Assembly (NCBI GenBank): GCA_965206595.1
Contig: OZ242214.1
Coordinates: 2,592,001-2,656,000 of the forward strand
Length of the DNA stretch: 64,000 nt
Direction: 5' to 3'
Origin: Candidatus Latescibacterota bacterium
Lineage (GTDB): Bacteria; Latescibacterota; UBA2968; UBA8231
The notes below the pieces were generated by a model, which was not told the origin of the DNA, searched no databases, and saw only the letters and a list, made by a program, of their open reading frames with translations. How positions within the stretch are numbered: the stretch's first letter is position 1; each line of letters opens with the position of its first letter. The translations under genes were made by a program, and so were the position numbers. Below are positions 31,156 through 41,999 of the stretch, piece after piece.

Positions 31156-31765
31156 ATGCGGGGCTGCGGCCTGCAGATTTTCGCCCAGGACGATTCTCTT
31201 ACCGGTACCTGGGAGACGAGCTTTACCGAGCCCGAAGTCGGCGACGTCACCATTCGCCTGACCTTTGAGGAGGACGGTGGTTTCCAGCTCGACCAGGTCA
31301 TTTCGGCATCGGATAACTTCCTGGCCGAGGCGGGAGACGCGATCCCCCCACTGAGGAATTCACCGCTCGCGGCACCGGCACCTGCCGGGTCGAGGGGGAC
31401 CGTCTTTTTGCCGACTTGACGGAGCTGAAGATGTACGTCGACGGCCGGGACTCCGTCGAGGTGCTGACCGAGGTTGCCCGCACCCACTCCCGTATCGCCG
31501 CCGACCTCGGCGGAGTTTCCGATAGGATTTCCCTGCGTTCGAGCAGGCGGTTGTCGACGAGATCATCGCCGGGTTCAACGAGGAGGAGTTCCTCGGCGGA
31601 TTCGCAGGCGACAACCTCGGCACCTACCGTCTCGACGGCGACACCCTGTCTATCGCCACCCTCGTGGATGGCGAGGTCGACCCCCTGGAGTTCATGCGTA
31701 TCGATATCGCCAGTGCCGTCGCCCCAACCACCTGGGGCAGCCTGAAGGCGGGTTTGCGTCCGTGA
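31156..31765 (+). pseudogene. Frameshifted secreted protein ending in a TTWGSLK motif
   Basis: Coding signal continues across frameshifts near 31347 (C run) and about 31523, ending ...SAVAPTTWGSLKAGLRP*. Confidence 0.6.
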
Positions 31766-32098
31766 ACATGCTTTTGGCTCCGCCGGATTGACCTCCGCCT
31801 TCGCTGTCTGACCGCCGGCTCCCGGACCGAGGCACGGCAGGAACCCCGGAGCCGGCGCGGCGATGAGCAAGCGGGCTTCCCGGCTCGCCTCCAGCTGCCA
31901 ATAAAAAATCGGCTTTGTTCCTGGGGGCCATCGGGATACCTTTGTCGCAAGGTAACCCGGCGGCCCTCTTTTTTTTGGCCACCGGAAAATGACTGACGGC
32001 CCTAACAGCCGGCGCGGCGGGCGCAACCGCCGCCCGGGATTTGGTATGTGCTGCCGAATACCTGGCGGGCCGGGCCTGTCGAGAGAGGAAGGTTGCTA

Positions 32099-32689
32099 AT
32101 GCTGAACCGCCGTTTGCTTCCCCTGCTGGCGGCTGCCGGGTGCGCCGCCCTTTCAGTAACTGACACCGCGAATGCGGCCGGAGGGAAGATCACCGGGACG
32201 GTGCGCGATGCCCTGACCGGGTACCCCCTGCCCGATGCCAACGTCCTCCTGGTGGAGACCGAGGCCGGCACCGAGACCGATTCCAACGGGCGCTTCTTTC
32301 TCCTCAACGTCGCCCCCGGCCTCTACACCCTCAGAGTCACCTCCTTCGATGCGGAACGGCAGAAAGAGGACGCCGCCCTCATCAACGTCTTCCCCAATCC
32401 TTACTACGGCGTCAACAAGGCCGAGACCTCCCCCTACAGCCACTTCGTGACCTTCAGCCACCTGCCGCAGAAAGCGACGGTCCGGCTGTACGATCTGGCC
32501 GGCAACCTCGTGCGTGTCCTGGAGAAGAGCGGTCCCGACCCGTTCCTGCGCTGGGATCTCAACAACCACAACGGCCTGCCGGTGGCCAGCGGCATCTACC
32601 TCGCCCATATAGAACTGCCCGATGTCCGCAGGAACCGTGTCCTGAAGGTGGTGATCCTGCAGGAACAGCAGTTCCTGGAAAGCTACTGA
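32099..32689 (+). CDS. Probable deletion-fusion of a TBDR N-terminal carboxypeptidase-regulatory domain and a T9SS-like C-terminal domain
   Basis: GKITGTVRD..G.PLPDANV..TDSNGRFFLLNVAPGLYTLRVT joined directly to INVFPNPYY..FSHLP..YDLAGNLVR..PVASGIY. Confidence 0.65.
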   Translation: MLNRRLLPLLAAAGCAALSVTDTANAAGGKITGTVRDALTGYPLPDANVLLVETEAGTETDSNGRFFLLNVAPGLYTLRVTSFDAERQKEDAALINVFPNPYYGVNKAETSPYSHFVTFSHLPQKATVRLYDLAGNLVRVLEKSGPDPFLRWDLNNHNGLPVASGIYLAHIELPDVRRNRVLKVVILQEQQFLESY

Positions 32690-32720
32690 GCGGCGGCAAA
32701 CCCTGAACAGGAGACCTGTC

Positions 32721-33758
32721 ATGATTCGGATCTACCAACGCGTCCGGCTCCTCCTGGCGGCCTGTCTCTTCCTGGGCTGCGTGCATGCCCACGCGGCGGG
32801 GCGCGACCGCATCGGAACGGCCGCGGCACCCGAGCTGCTGATTCCGGTGGGGGCCCGCGACATGGCCCTCGGAGGTGCTTCCATCGCCACGACCTCGGGG
32901 GTCGAAGCCCTGCACTGGAATCCCGCGGGACTGTGCCGTTCCGCAAACAACGTCGACCTGATGGTGTCGACCATGGATTACATCGCCGGCATCCAGGTCA
33001 ACTACGCCGCGGTAGGCAGCCTTTTCCCCTCCATCGGCAACCTCGCCCTGAGCATTAAGTCGTTGAACCTCGGGGACATTCCGATCACCACCGAGACCCA
33101 GCCGGACGGAACGGGGGCCACCTTCAAGCCGACCTTCCTGACCCTGGGGATCCATTTCGGCCGCGCCCTTACCGACCGCATCGGCCTCGGCACGACCCTG
33201 CACTACGTAACCAACCGGGTCGAGCGCGCCCAGGCGACGGGCATGTCCTTCAGCGCCGGGCTGCAGTATTTCGATCTCGGCGGTATCGAAGGGCTGGACC
33301 TCGGCGTGGCCGTCAAGCATATCGGCCAGCGGCAGAGGTACGATGGTCCGGCGCTGTTGAACCGGGGGGAGATAGGTTCCCTGCGGCGCGGCCCTTCCTT
33401 CTACAGCGTCCAGGCGAGCTCGGCCGATCTGCCTTCGACCTTCGAGCTGGGCCTGGCCTGGAACTACCCCGTGCAGTCGATGGGGGAGCTGAATTTCAGC
33501 TCGGTCTTCGAGCACCAGAACTACAGCTACGACCAGTACAAGCTCGGGGTCGAGTACGTGCTCAACGGCTTCCTGGCCCTGCGCGGCGGTTTCGACTACG
33601 CCGCCGGCGCCGAAGACGACTCCTACCTGTTCGGCAACAGCTTCGGACTGGGGCTGAGTCTGCCCGGCGGCAAGACCCGCTCCCGGCTCGACTACGCCTA
33701 CGGCAGCGTCGACCGTTTCGACGCGCTTCACACCTTCACCTTCCAGGCCGGTTTCTGA
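32721..33758 (+). CDS. PorV/PorQ-family outer-membrane barrel
   Basis: LLIPVGARDMALGGA...HWNPAGL; terminal Phe. Confidence 0.85.
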   Translation: MIRIYQRVRLLLAACLFLGCVHAHAAGRDRIGTAAAPELLIPVGARDMALGGASIATTSGVEALHWNPAGLCRSANNVDLMVSTMDYIAGIQVNYAAVGSLFPSIGNLALSIKSLNLGDIPITTETQPDGTGATFKPTFLTLGIHFGRALTDRIGLGTTLHYVTNRVERAQATGMSFSAGLQYFDLGGIEGLDLGVAVKHIGQRQRYDGPALLNRGEIGSLRRGPSFYSVQASSADLPSTFELGLAWNYPVQSMGELNFSSVFEHQNYSYDQYKLGVEYVLNGFLALRGGFDYAAGAEDDSYLFGNSFGLGLSLPGGKTRSRLDYAYGSVDRFDALHTFTFQAGF

Positions 33759-33899
33759 AGCGGCGGCGCAAGGTGAGGGTGCTTGTGCAACTCGTGTCCC
33801 CGAGTTAAATCGCGGGATCTGACAGGCGGCGCCATCCATCACCACGTGGGAAGCCGCCGATCGCTTGCCGCGCATTCCCGCTCATGCATGAGATCCTCG

Positions 33900-36800
33900 A
33901 TGCTGATCCGGCGACCGGGCATTCTGTGCCTCGTTTCCCTGTTCTCGATCCTCCTGCCCGACCGCTCCGGTGAGGCCCAGTCGCAGGCAACCACCGGGGT
34001 GATCCGCGGTTTCGTCCGGGACCAGTTCGGCAGCCCCGTAGCCGACGCAGCGGTCGCGCTCAAAGAGACCCGGACCAACTACGAGCGCACCCTCGTCTCG
34101 TCCGACCTCGGGCGGTTCACCGCGGCCTTGCTCCCTCTCGGCAACTACGACGTGACAGTGCAGGCACCCGGTTGGAGCGAACTGCGGAAAACAGGGATTC
34201 AGGTGCGGGTCGGCGAAACCGTGGAGCTGATCGTCAACCTGGTTCCGCAAATGGAGGAGGTAATCGTCGCAGCCGCCCTGCCCGCGGTGGACATAACCCA
34301 GAGCGAGGCGGCGACGCGGCTGCCGGAAGAGGCGGTTCGCGACCTGCCCAACAACGGCCGCAACTTCCTCAACCTGACCCAGCTGACCCCGGGGGTGGCC
34401 ATCGTCCAGGGCCCCGACGGGGACGAGCTCAGCATCGCCGGGCAGCGCGGCATTCACAACAACGTCTCCGTGGACGGGGCCGACTTCAACAACCCCTTCT
34501 TCGGCGAGCAGCGCGGCGGCCAGCGCCCGGCATTCACCTTCAATCTCGATGCGGTCGAGGAGATCGTGGTGGTGCCCCAGGGAGCCAACGCCGAGTTCGG
34601 CCGCTCCAGCGGCGGCTTCGTCAACGTCATCACCAAATCGGGGAGCAACGAGCTGCACGGCTCCCTGCATTTCTACGGCAAGAACGGGGCCTTGTCGGGC
34701 ACGGCGAGGCACGACGGACTGGAACGCGAGCCGGATTTCAGCCAGGGGCAGGCCGGCTTCACCCTGGGGGGACCTCTGCTGAGGGACCGGGCCTTCTTCT
34801 TCACAGCCTACGATCAGCAGCTGCTCAGGGACACCCGGCAGCAGGAAAGCGGGCGCATCGAGGGCCGGCTGCGCGCCTTCATGGACGCGCAGTTCGACGG
34901 GGCCCTGGCCGGGGACTACGGCCCCATCGACCGCACCGACGACGCCCGCGCCTTCCTCGCCAAGATCGATTTCCGCCTCTCCGACGATCAGTACGCCACC
35001 TTCAAATACAACTACACCTGGTCGGAGCAGGAGAACGGCACCTTCGACGTCGACTCCTGGGCCCGCAGCGCCAACGCCGTCGAGAGGGACTGGTCCCACG
35101 CCTTCAACGGCAGCCTGCTGTCGCTGCTCTCCTCGACAGCGACTAACGAGTTGCGCTTCCAGGTTTCCCGCGAAGACCGCCCGCGTCCCTACAGGGGGCC
35201 GCTCAACCCCGAAACCGGGCGGCCCTTCCCCGACACGGCCATGGACTTCCTCCACGGCTACCGCTTCGGCATGCCCTACTTCATCCCGGTCGAGTACTAC
35301 GACACCCGCATCCAGCTGCTCGACAACATCTCCGTTGCCAAGGGGGACCACCTGATCAAGGCCGGCATCGAGTGGAACCGGGTCGAATCGGTGCAGACCT
35401 TCATCGGCTTCGCCAACGGCCGCTACATCTTCAGCTCGACAGACGGCTTTCTCCGCTTCGTCGAGCAGGGGAACGGCTACGTCGAGTGCTCCGACGGCAG
35501 CACCGGCGCCTCCGGGGCCTGTCCCGACGGGACCGAGATCACCGGGCCGGTCCTCATCTACCTGCAACACGCCGGCGCCGGGGGGCTGACCGTGGAGGAG
35601 GCGGGCACCCAGGACATCCCGCAGCACGATCTGGCTCTGTTCGTTCAGGACAGCTGGAAAGCTTCGAGCAGGCTGACCCTCAACTACGGCTTGCGCTGGG
35701 AGGCGCAGATCCAGCCTGACGCCATCACCGATCCCGAGGAGGTGTTTTTTGCGGATTTCATCGGCCGGAAGGTGACCAACGAGACGGGCACCTACGAGTT
35801 CCCCTCCAACGGCAGGATTCCCTCGGACCTGGACATGTTCCAGCCGCGCCTGGGGGTGGCCTGGGATCTGCACGGCGACAACAGGACCCTGCTGCGCGGC
35901 AGCGCCGGGATCTACCACGCCCGCATCCCCGGCCTCAACCTCGCCGGCACACGCTCGACCAACGGCTCGCGCGGCCAGACGATCTTCCGCTCCAGCGCGC
36001 TGACCCCCGTTCTGGGGCCGCCGCCGACCTACGGAGAGCTATTGCCCACTCCCGCAGGCGATCCCTTCCGGCCCAACATCTTCGTCTTCGACCGGGATTT
36101 CCGGAACCCGCGGACCATCAGTCTGCAAGCGGCTGTCGAACGCGAGCTGCATGCCTCGGGACTGGTCGCTTCCTTCGGGTACACCTGGTCCCGGACCGAC
36201 CGGCTGACGCGCTTCGTCAACCGCAACGACGCGGTCTTCGGCTCTCCCTGGTCGACCGGCCTGGGGGCGGACGGCGGCAACGGCATCGGCGACCTTACCG
36301 TGGTCGAAAGCACCGCGGAGTCCCGCTACCACGGCCTCGGTTTCGGTTTGCGGCAAATGCTGGGGGAGGACCTGCAGTTCCAGGTCAACTACACGCTGTC
36401 GTGGGACAGGTCGGACGACGACAACGAGCGCGATCCCTTCACCTTCCGCTACGTCGACGCGAGCCGGCTCGACCGCGAGTGGGGCTACTCGAACCGCGAC
36501 CAGCGCCACCGCTTCAACGCCTGGGCCCTGGCGGCGCTGCCCGGCGGGTTCCTGCTCAACAACCGCCTGAGCTACTACTCGGCGCAGCCGGTCTCCGAAT
36601 TCTGCGGCGCCGGCAACCGGGGCTCGGGACAGCCGGCGGTCATCCCCTGGGGCGCCGCCTCCGACCGCATCTGCGGCGACGGCAGCATCCTCGCGCGCAA
36701 CACCCTGCGCAAGGAGAACGAGTCCTTCTCGTGGGACCTGCGCCTGTCGAAGCCCATCCGGATGGGCGGCGGCCGGCTGGAGGCCATCGTCGAGGTCTTC

Positions 36801-36929
36801 AACCTGCTCAACACCGACAACTTCCGCGACCCCTCCAGCGCCGCCCTGCTGTTCAATTTCGACGGCACCGTGCAGTCCGGCCTCGGCGACCCGCGCGAGG
36901 TGCAGATCGGCTTCCGCTACGTCTATTGA
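33900..36929 (+). CDS. Oar-like TonB-dependent receptor
   Basis: LPNNGRNFLNL, AEFGRSSGGFVNVITKSG, FVQDSWK, FQPRLG, PREVQIGFRYVY. Confidence 0.9.
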   Translation: MLIRRPGILCLVSLFSILLPDRSGEAQSQATTGVIRGFVRDQFGSPVADAAVALKETRTNYERTLVSSDLGRFTAALLPLGNYDVTVQAPGWSELRKTGIQVRVGETVELIVNLVPQMEEVIVAAALPAVDITQSEAATRLPEEAVRDLPNNGRNFLNLTQLTPGVAIVQGPDGDELSIAGQRGIHNNVSVDGADFNNPFFGEQRGGQRPAFTFNLDAVEEIVVVPQGANAEFGRSSGGFVNVITKSGSNELHGSLHFYGKNGALSGTARHDGLEREPDFSQGQAGFTLGGPLLRDRAFFFTAYDQQLLRDTRQQESGRIEGRLRAFMDAQFDGALAGDYGPIDRTDDARAFLAKIDFRLSDDQYATFKYNYTWSEQENGTFDVDSWARSANAVERDWSHAFNGSLLSLLSSTATNELRFQVSREDRPRPYRGPLNPETGRPFPDTAMDFLHGYRFGMPYFIPVEYYDTRIQLLDNISVAKGDHLIKAGIEWNRVESVQTFIGFANGRYIFSSTDGFLRFVEQGNGYVECSDGSTGASGACPDGTEITGPVLIYLQHAGAGGLTVEEAGTQDIPQHDLALFVQDSWKASSRLTLNYGLRWEAQIQPDAITDPEEVFFADFIGRKVTNETGTYEFPSNGRIPSDLDMFQPRLGVAWDLHGDNRTLLRGSAGIYHARIPGLNLAGTRSTNGSRGQTIFRSSALTPVLGPPPTYGELLPTPAGDPFRPNIFVFDRDFRNPRTISLQAAVERELHASGLVASFGYTWSRTDRLTRFVNRNDAVFGSPWSTGLGADGGNGIGDLTVVESTAESRYHGLGFGLRQMLGEDLQFQVNYTLSWDRSDDDNERDPFTFRYVDASRLDREWGYSNRDQRHRFNAWALAALPGGFLLNNRLSYYSAQPVSEFCGAGNRGSGQPAVIPWGAASDRICGDGSILARNTLRKENESFSWDLRLSKPIRMGGGRLEAIVEVFNLLNTDNFRDPSSAALLFNFDGTVQSGLGDPREVQIGFRYVY

Positions 36930-36959
36930 GGATGGTGGTTTTGTTTATCCGCAGACGGC

Positions 36960-37664
36960 ATGGCCGGCGTATCGAACGCCGCGGCCACTTCGAGAAACCG
37001 GCATCCGGTGATGGCCGAGCTCATCGCCCACCCCAACGCGCTCTCGGCGCTTAAAACCCTCGGATTCGACGAGCCGAAGTTTGGACACGGGCGCATCATC
37101 AGCAAACCACCGCACAGTCCACCCCTGTTCTGGCACGAAGATGGCCGCTTCTGGGATGACCCGGTGAGCTATACGACGCAGCCCATACAATGCTTCCTGA
37201 TGTACTACCTGACCGACACGACCCCGGAAAACGGGTGCTTGCGCGTGATCCCCGGGTCGCACCTGAAGCGTCATCCGCTGCACGACCGGATTTCCCCCAG
37301 GCATACCGATGAGCTCAGAACGTTCGCCAATCCCGACGATCCGGGGTTCTCGCGGGTAGATGATGAGGTCGACGTGCCCGTCAAAGCCGGAGATCTCGTG
37401 ATGGGATACGGCAGCCTGCTGCACGCTTCACATGCCAACCGGTCCAACCAGCGCCGGACCGTGCTCACGATGTGGTACTATCCGGACTTCATTTCCCTGC
37501 CCGAGCGCACCCAGGCCACGGTTGCATCGTTGGAAGCAGACAACAGGGACGCGGCTTTCTCGTCCGCAGGGATACAAGCCATGATGGAACCGCTCCAAAT
37601 CGCCTACCATGGCGAGGCCGAGCCAATAGAGACAGAGTGGACGCCGGGTGAGGCTCTGAAGTAG
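36960..37664 (+). CDS. Phytanoyl-CoA dioxygenase (PhyH) family, possibly N-terminally truncated
   Basis: [24 protein letters not shown]. Confidence 0.8.
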   Translation: MAGVSNAAATSRNRHPVMAELIAHPNALSALKTLGFDEPKFGHGRIISKPPHSPPLFWHEDGRFWDDPVSYTTQPIQCFLMYYLTDTTPENGCLRVIPGSHLKRHPLHDRISPRHTDELRTFANPDDPGFSRVDDEVDVPVKAGDLVMGYGSLLHASHANRSNQRRTVLTMWYYPDFISLPERTQATVASLEADNRDAAFSSAGIQAMMEPLQIAYHGEAEPIETEWTPGEALK

Positions 37665-37859
37665 CAACAGCTGTTCCGATGTTTCCGGAGCAGGCACTCT
37701 GCGGCTCGTCGGCTTCGGATCAATCCCGGTGGGCCCTGACTCCCTGGCAGCGCCCACCGGGATTTCACCTTCTCCCCCCCGGGTACTTCCCCGGCTTTCC
37801 CCTGAAGACGGCAGCCTTCACGGAACTGGCAGGTCGGATGGAACCGCTGATCAGCCTGT

Positions 37860-38230
37860 TCGAACTCCTGGTGATGATCGCCCTGCTCGGCGGGGGGATA
37901 GGACTGTTGGGTCCGGGGGGTAGGCTACCTACTTGGCACGGAAGCCCTGCCATGGTCCCTGTCGGCGACGCTGGGTTATTTCTTCGCGCCCTTCGCCTGG
38001 CTGATGGGGATCGAGGTCGGCGACTGTCTGCATGCCGGCGAGCTGCTGGGCAAGAAGATGGTGATCAACGAATTCGTTTCCTACGTCCAGCTGAGCCAGT
38101 GGATGCAGCCGGCTCCGGCGTGGAGCTGAGCCCTCGCTCCGTCGCCATTCTCACCTATGCCCTGTGCGGTTTCGCCAACTTCAGCAGCATCGGCATCCAG
38201 ATCGGCGGCATCGGCGGCATCGCCCCGGAG
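37860..38230 (+). pseudogene. NupC/CNT nucleoside transporter, C-terminal remnant
   Basis: [30 protein letters not shown] in one frame and [25 protein letters not shown] in another. Confidence 0.8.
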
Positions 38231-38345
38231 CTCCCTCCGGGTCCGTCCAAGGCCGACGACTTTCATTTAAATTGGTACGGTTACCTCACCGGGAATTCAT
38301 CCCCCGCAATCCAGAGCGAATGAGCAGCCCTCGAGGAAATACTGA

Positions 38346-39467
38346 ATGAACGCCCCCGGCCAGGACCAGCGGATTCAGACCGTCTGTCTGCTCCTTCTCA
38401 CCATCGTAGCCGTGGCCGCAGCGCTCTTCTGGCTGCGCTCGGTCATGGTTCCATTCGTGTTCGCCGTTCTCATCGCTTTCGGCCTCTTCCCCCTGATAAA
38501 TCTTCAGGTACGGCATCTGCGCTTCCCGCGACTCCTGGCCATACTCGCCACCCTGGCCGCGGGGTTCGTGATCCTCGGTCTGCTCGGGGTGCTGATCTCG
38601 ACGTCGGTCGGGCAACTGGCGGCGCGGGCGGACGACTACCTGCAGCGGCTCGTGCAGCTTCTCGACGTCGCCGTGGCGGCGATGCCCGGGCGCTTCGAGG
38701 ACGAGGCCAGGCGCGCCGTCGATTCGCTGTCCGACATTTCCCTGACAACGGCAGGCACCATCCTCGTCACCGTGACCAACGAGCTTTTGAGCCTTCTCTC
38801 GAGCGGCCTGCTGGTGATGATCTTCGTCGGCTTCATGCTCGCCGGTGGCTCCGAACTCGAGCTGACGCGGGACCGTTTCTGGAACGAAGTACAGTCCCGC
38901 ATCCAGCGCTACATCATCGTCAAGTCGCTCGTTTCCGCCCTGACCGGAGGGCTCGTCGGAATCATTCTGGCGCTGCTTGGAATCGATCTCGCCCTCGTCT
39001 TCGGCGTATTCGCCTTCCTGCTGAACTTCATTCCGAGCGTCGGATCGGTCATCGCCACCCTCCTGCCTCTTCCGGTCCTGATCGTCAGCCCGGATCTCTC
39101 CCTGACGACCTGCGTGCTCGCCATCCTGTTGCCGGCAACGGTGCAGTTCATCGTCGGCAACATCGTCGACCCGAAGCTGATGGGAAAAACCCTCGACCTG
39201 CATCCCGTCGCCCTGCTGCTGGCCCTGATCGTCTGGGGGACGATCTGGGGAGCGGTCGGAATGCTTCTCGCCACCCCGATAACGGCCATCCTCAAGATCA
39301 TCTTCGAGCGCATGGAGATCACCGCCCCGCTTGCTGAGATGCTCGCGGGACGCCTCGCCCACGATGGAGACGACCCTCGTCCAGAGGAAGAAGAAGCCGG
39401 AATGGAGAAAGGGGAACCCGGGAGCCAGCCGGATGGACTGGACGAAGCAGCAGACGTGAAGTCGTGA
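38346..39467 (+). CDS. AI-2E (PerM) family transporter
   Basis: LLNFIPSVGS, GNIVDPKLMG..LDLHP, WGAVGMLLATP. Confidence 0.9.
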   Translation: MNAPGQDQRIQTVCLLLLTIVAVAAALFWLRSVMVPFVFAVLIAFGLFPLINLQVRHLRFPRLLAILATLAAGFVILGLLGVLISTSVGQLAARADDYLQRLVQLLDVAVAAMPGRFEDEARRAVDSLSDISLTTAGTILVTVTNELLSLLSSGLLVMIFVGFMLAGGSELELTRDRFWNEVQSRIQRYIIVKSLVSALTGGLVGIILALLGIDLALVFGVFAFLLNFIPSVGSVIATLLPLPVLIVSPDLSLTTCVLAILLPATVQFIVGNIVDPKLMGKTLDLHPVALLLALIVWGTIWGAVGMLLATPITAILKIIFERMEITAPLAEMLAGRLAHDGDDPRPEEEEAGMEKGEPGSQPDGLDEAADVKS

Positions 39468-39500
39468 GACGCTGAAGCGCCCGGGTTTGACCCCGGCTCC

Positions 39501-40517
39501 CTACCCGGCCCGGGGGACGACCCCCTCCGGCAGCAGCCCCTCCGCCTCGAGATCCGCCCACAGGGCCGGCGGGATCTCTTCCTGCATCAGGCGCGCGTTC
39601 TCCTTCAGTTCGGCCACCGAGGCGGCGCCTGGCACCACCGAAACAACCGCCTCATGTCCGAAGGGGAACTGCAGCGCCGCCGCCCTCAGGTCGAGGCGGT
39701 GGCGGTCGCAGACCGTCTTGAGCTCCCGGGCCCGCTGCACCATGTGCCCGGGGGCGGGCTGGTAGTCGAAGGAGACCGGCCTGCCGAGGTCGCCGGCGAG
39801 GATGCCGCTGTTGTACGGCCCGCCGATTACCAGCTTGACGCCGCGCTCCACGCACAGCGGCAGGAGCTCCGGCAGGGCGGACTGGTCGAGCAGGGTGTAG
39901 CGCCCGGCCAGGAGGATGCAGTCGAGGTCGAAACGCGCCACCATCCGCGCCGTCCGTTCCCACTCGTTCATCCCCATGCCGATCGCCCTGACCGCCCCGC
40001 TCGCCCGCAGCTCTACCGCGGCTTCCAGCGCCTCGACGAAGACCTCGTCGCCGTGCTGCCCCTTGAAGTCGCTGTCGTGGACGAAGAAGATGTCGACCGC
40101 GGCCAACCCCAGCCGTTGAAGGCTGGAATCGAGGGATGCCCGCAGCCCCTCGGCGCTGAAGTCGAAGGCGCAGGTACAGCGCGGTATCCCATCCTCGCTC
40201 CAGGGCTCCGGGTTTTCGGGGTCGGGCAGCAGCCGCCGCGAGCCCTTGGTCGAGATGGCGAACGACTCACGCGGAAACTCCCCAAGCACCCGCCCGTAGC
40301 GCACCTCGCTGCGCCCCTCGCCGTACAGGGGCGCCGTGTCGAAATAGCGCACCCCCATCTCATGGGCGCGCCGAATGATGGCGAGGGCCTCCGCGTAGCC
40401 GCAGCCCCGGTAAATCCCGTCCGCCAGGATCATGCCTCCCAACGGCGCGCCGCCGAGGCCCAGGCGCGTCACCGTCACTCCTGTGTCGCCGATTCCCACC
40501 TTTTCGAAAGGGTCCAT
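39501..40517 (-). CDS. Aldo/keto reductase (aldose/L-fucose dehydrogenase-like)
   Basis: LGLGGAPLG, FDTAPLYGEGRSE, LAGRYTLLDQ, YNSGILA. Confidence 0.88.
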   Translation of the reverse strand: MDPFEKVGIGDTGVTVTRLGLGGAPLGGMILADGIYRGCGYAEALAIIRRAHEMGVRYFDTAPLYGEGRSEVRYGRVLGEFPRESFAISTKGSRRLLPDPENPEPWSEDGIPRCTCAFDFSAEGLRASLDSSLQRLGLAAVDIFFVHDSDFKGQHGDEVFVEALEAAVELRASGAVRAIGMGMNEWERTARMVARFDLDCILLAGRYTLLDQSALPELLPLCVERGVKLVIGGPYNSGILAGDLGRPVSFDYQPAPGHMVQRARELKTVCDRHRLDLRAAALQFPFGHEAVVSVVPGAASVAELKENARLMQEEIPPALWADLEAEGLLPEGVVPRAG

Positions 40518-40521
40518 GCTC

Positions 40522-41169
40522 TCACTCCAGTCCGTAAAGCCGTTCGGCATTTCCGGCCAGAAGACCGGCCTGCTCTTCCCGGGTGTGGCTGAAGGGGTTG
40601 TCCGGATCGTACCCCGCGGCGCCGTTGACGACGTTCGGGTCGGCGTTGCCGCAGTGGTCGAGGATGAAGCGGGTGTCCTTGCACTGGTCCACCAGCCCGA
40701 CTGCGTCCCCCAGCTCCCCCGGCCGCAGGCAGAGGTCGAAGCTCAGGCCGGCCTCGCCGAGATACTGGACGTCGCGGACGAATCCATGCTGCAGGCAGCG
40801 GCCGGGCCCTGCAGCCGGCACGTGCAGCACCTGCCTCACCCCCTTGATGAACTCGTTCCCCTTGAAGCGGTCGATGTAGCCTCGGAAACCCTCCTCCCCC
40901 GGGCTCCCCGAGATCACCGCCCGCGAAACCGGATTGTCCCCAGCCGAACACAGAGAGATGGCGAACTCCGCTTCTTCCGGACGCTGGGAAGGGTCGAGGT
41001 CGACCTCCATGTAGACGGTCCGGTCGATGCCGGTCCCCGCGGCAGCGGCGAGATAGTCGCTGAGGAGGTGATTCCCCTGCAACGGCCCGGTTCCCTCCCC
41101 GTCGAGCCAGGGCAGCGAGAACCGCGCCAGGTCCCACAGGTGCAGATGCGTATCGACGATCGGCAGCAT
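40522..41169 (-). pseudogene. Amidohydrolase_2 (sugar lactonase-like) with an apparent internal deletion
   Basis: DTHLHLWD and ILDHCG present; jumps directly to NAERLYGL, lacking the KxSG and GxDWP segments; only 215 aa. Confidence 0.65.
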
Positions 41170-41555
41170 GTTCCTCCCTCAAGGTTAGGATTTCCTGAAG
41201 TTACGGTAACAACTCGATCTCGACCCCGGGGCTTCACCACGCCTGGGATGTCCGGCCAACGCCCCTCCGCTTTGGGCGCAATCAACAGCATTCAACCTAC
41301 GCCGGGAAAGATCGGCAACAATGGACGCGCTTTCCGACCTGGGAGGCCCCCTTCGGGCAACCTGTCCGGTTCCACGGCCGGCCGGAACCGAGCGGCAGGA
41401 GATCGAATTCCAAACCGGGACCCCCCTTGTTGCTGGACCCTGCCAGACTTGACCAACTTTCACGTATGCACCGGATAGGCCATTTTGTACCTTTCCTAAG
41501 CCGAACCGGTCGAACGTTCGGCGAGTCGGCATCCTGGTCCTGGAGGAGCGGCGAA

Positions 41556-41999
41556 GTGGACTCAAATTTCGAGTTGGAGGTCAGGCTCGATCCCGAAGAG
41601 CCCAGGCGCGTTGCCGAGCAGTTCGAACGCTTCGGAGCCGAGCATGGGCTGCCGGACAGAACGATTTTCGGATTCCAGCTGGCACTGGACGAGATACTGA
41701 CCAACGTTATCTCCTACGGATTCGAGGAGTGGGCACCCGATCCGGACATCACGGTGAGCTTCGACCTCAACGACACCCGGCTCGAGGTCGTCGTCCAGGA
41801 CAACGGCCGGCCCTTCGACCCGCTCGAGGACGCCGACGAGCCCGATTTGACCCTTCCCGTCTCTGGCCGCCCTGTCGGCGGCCTCGGCATCCATCTCGCC
41901 AAGGCATTCGTTCACGCGCTTTCCTACGAGCGGGTGGACGGGTGCAATCGATTGAACCTCGTGCAGCCCACCGAGGCGCACCCGGAGGACGATGCATGA
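41556..41999 (+). CDS. RsbW-like anti-sigma factor kinase
   Basis: LALDEILTNVISYG, DNGRPFDP, GGLGIHL. Confidence 0.88.
   Translation: MDSNFELEVRLDPEEPRRVAEQFERFGAEHGLPDRTIFGFQLALDEILTNVISYGFEEWAPDPDITVSFDLNDTRLEVVVQDNGRPFDPLEDADEPDLTLPVSGRPVGGLGIHLAKAFVHALSYERVDGCNRLNLVQPTEAHPEDDA

Noticed and set aside
37679-38323. 214-aa intact CDS
   Set aside because: Chimera of frames over a NupC remnant
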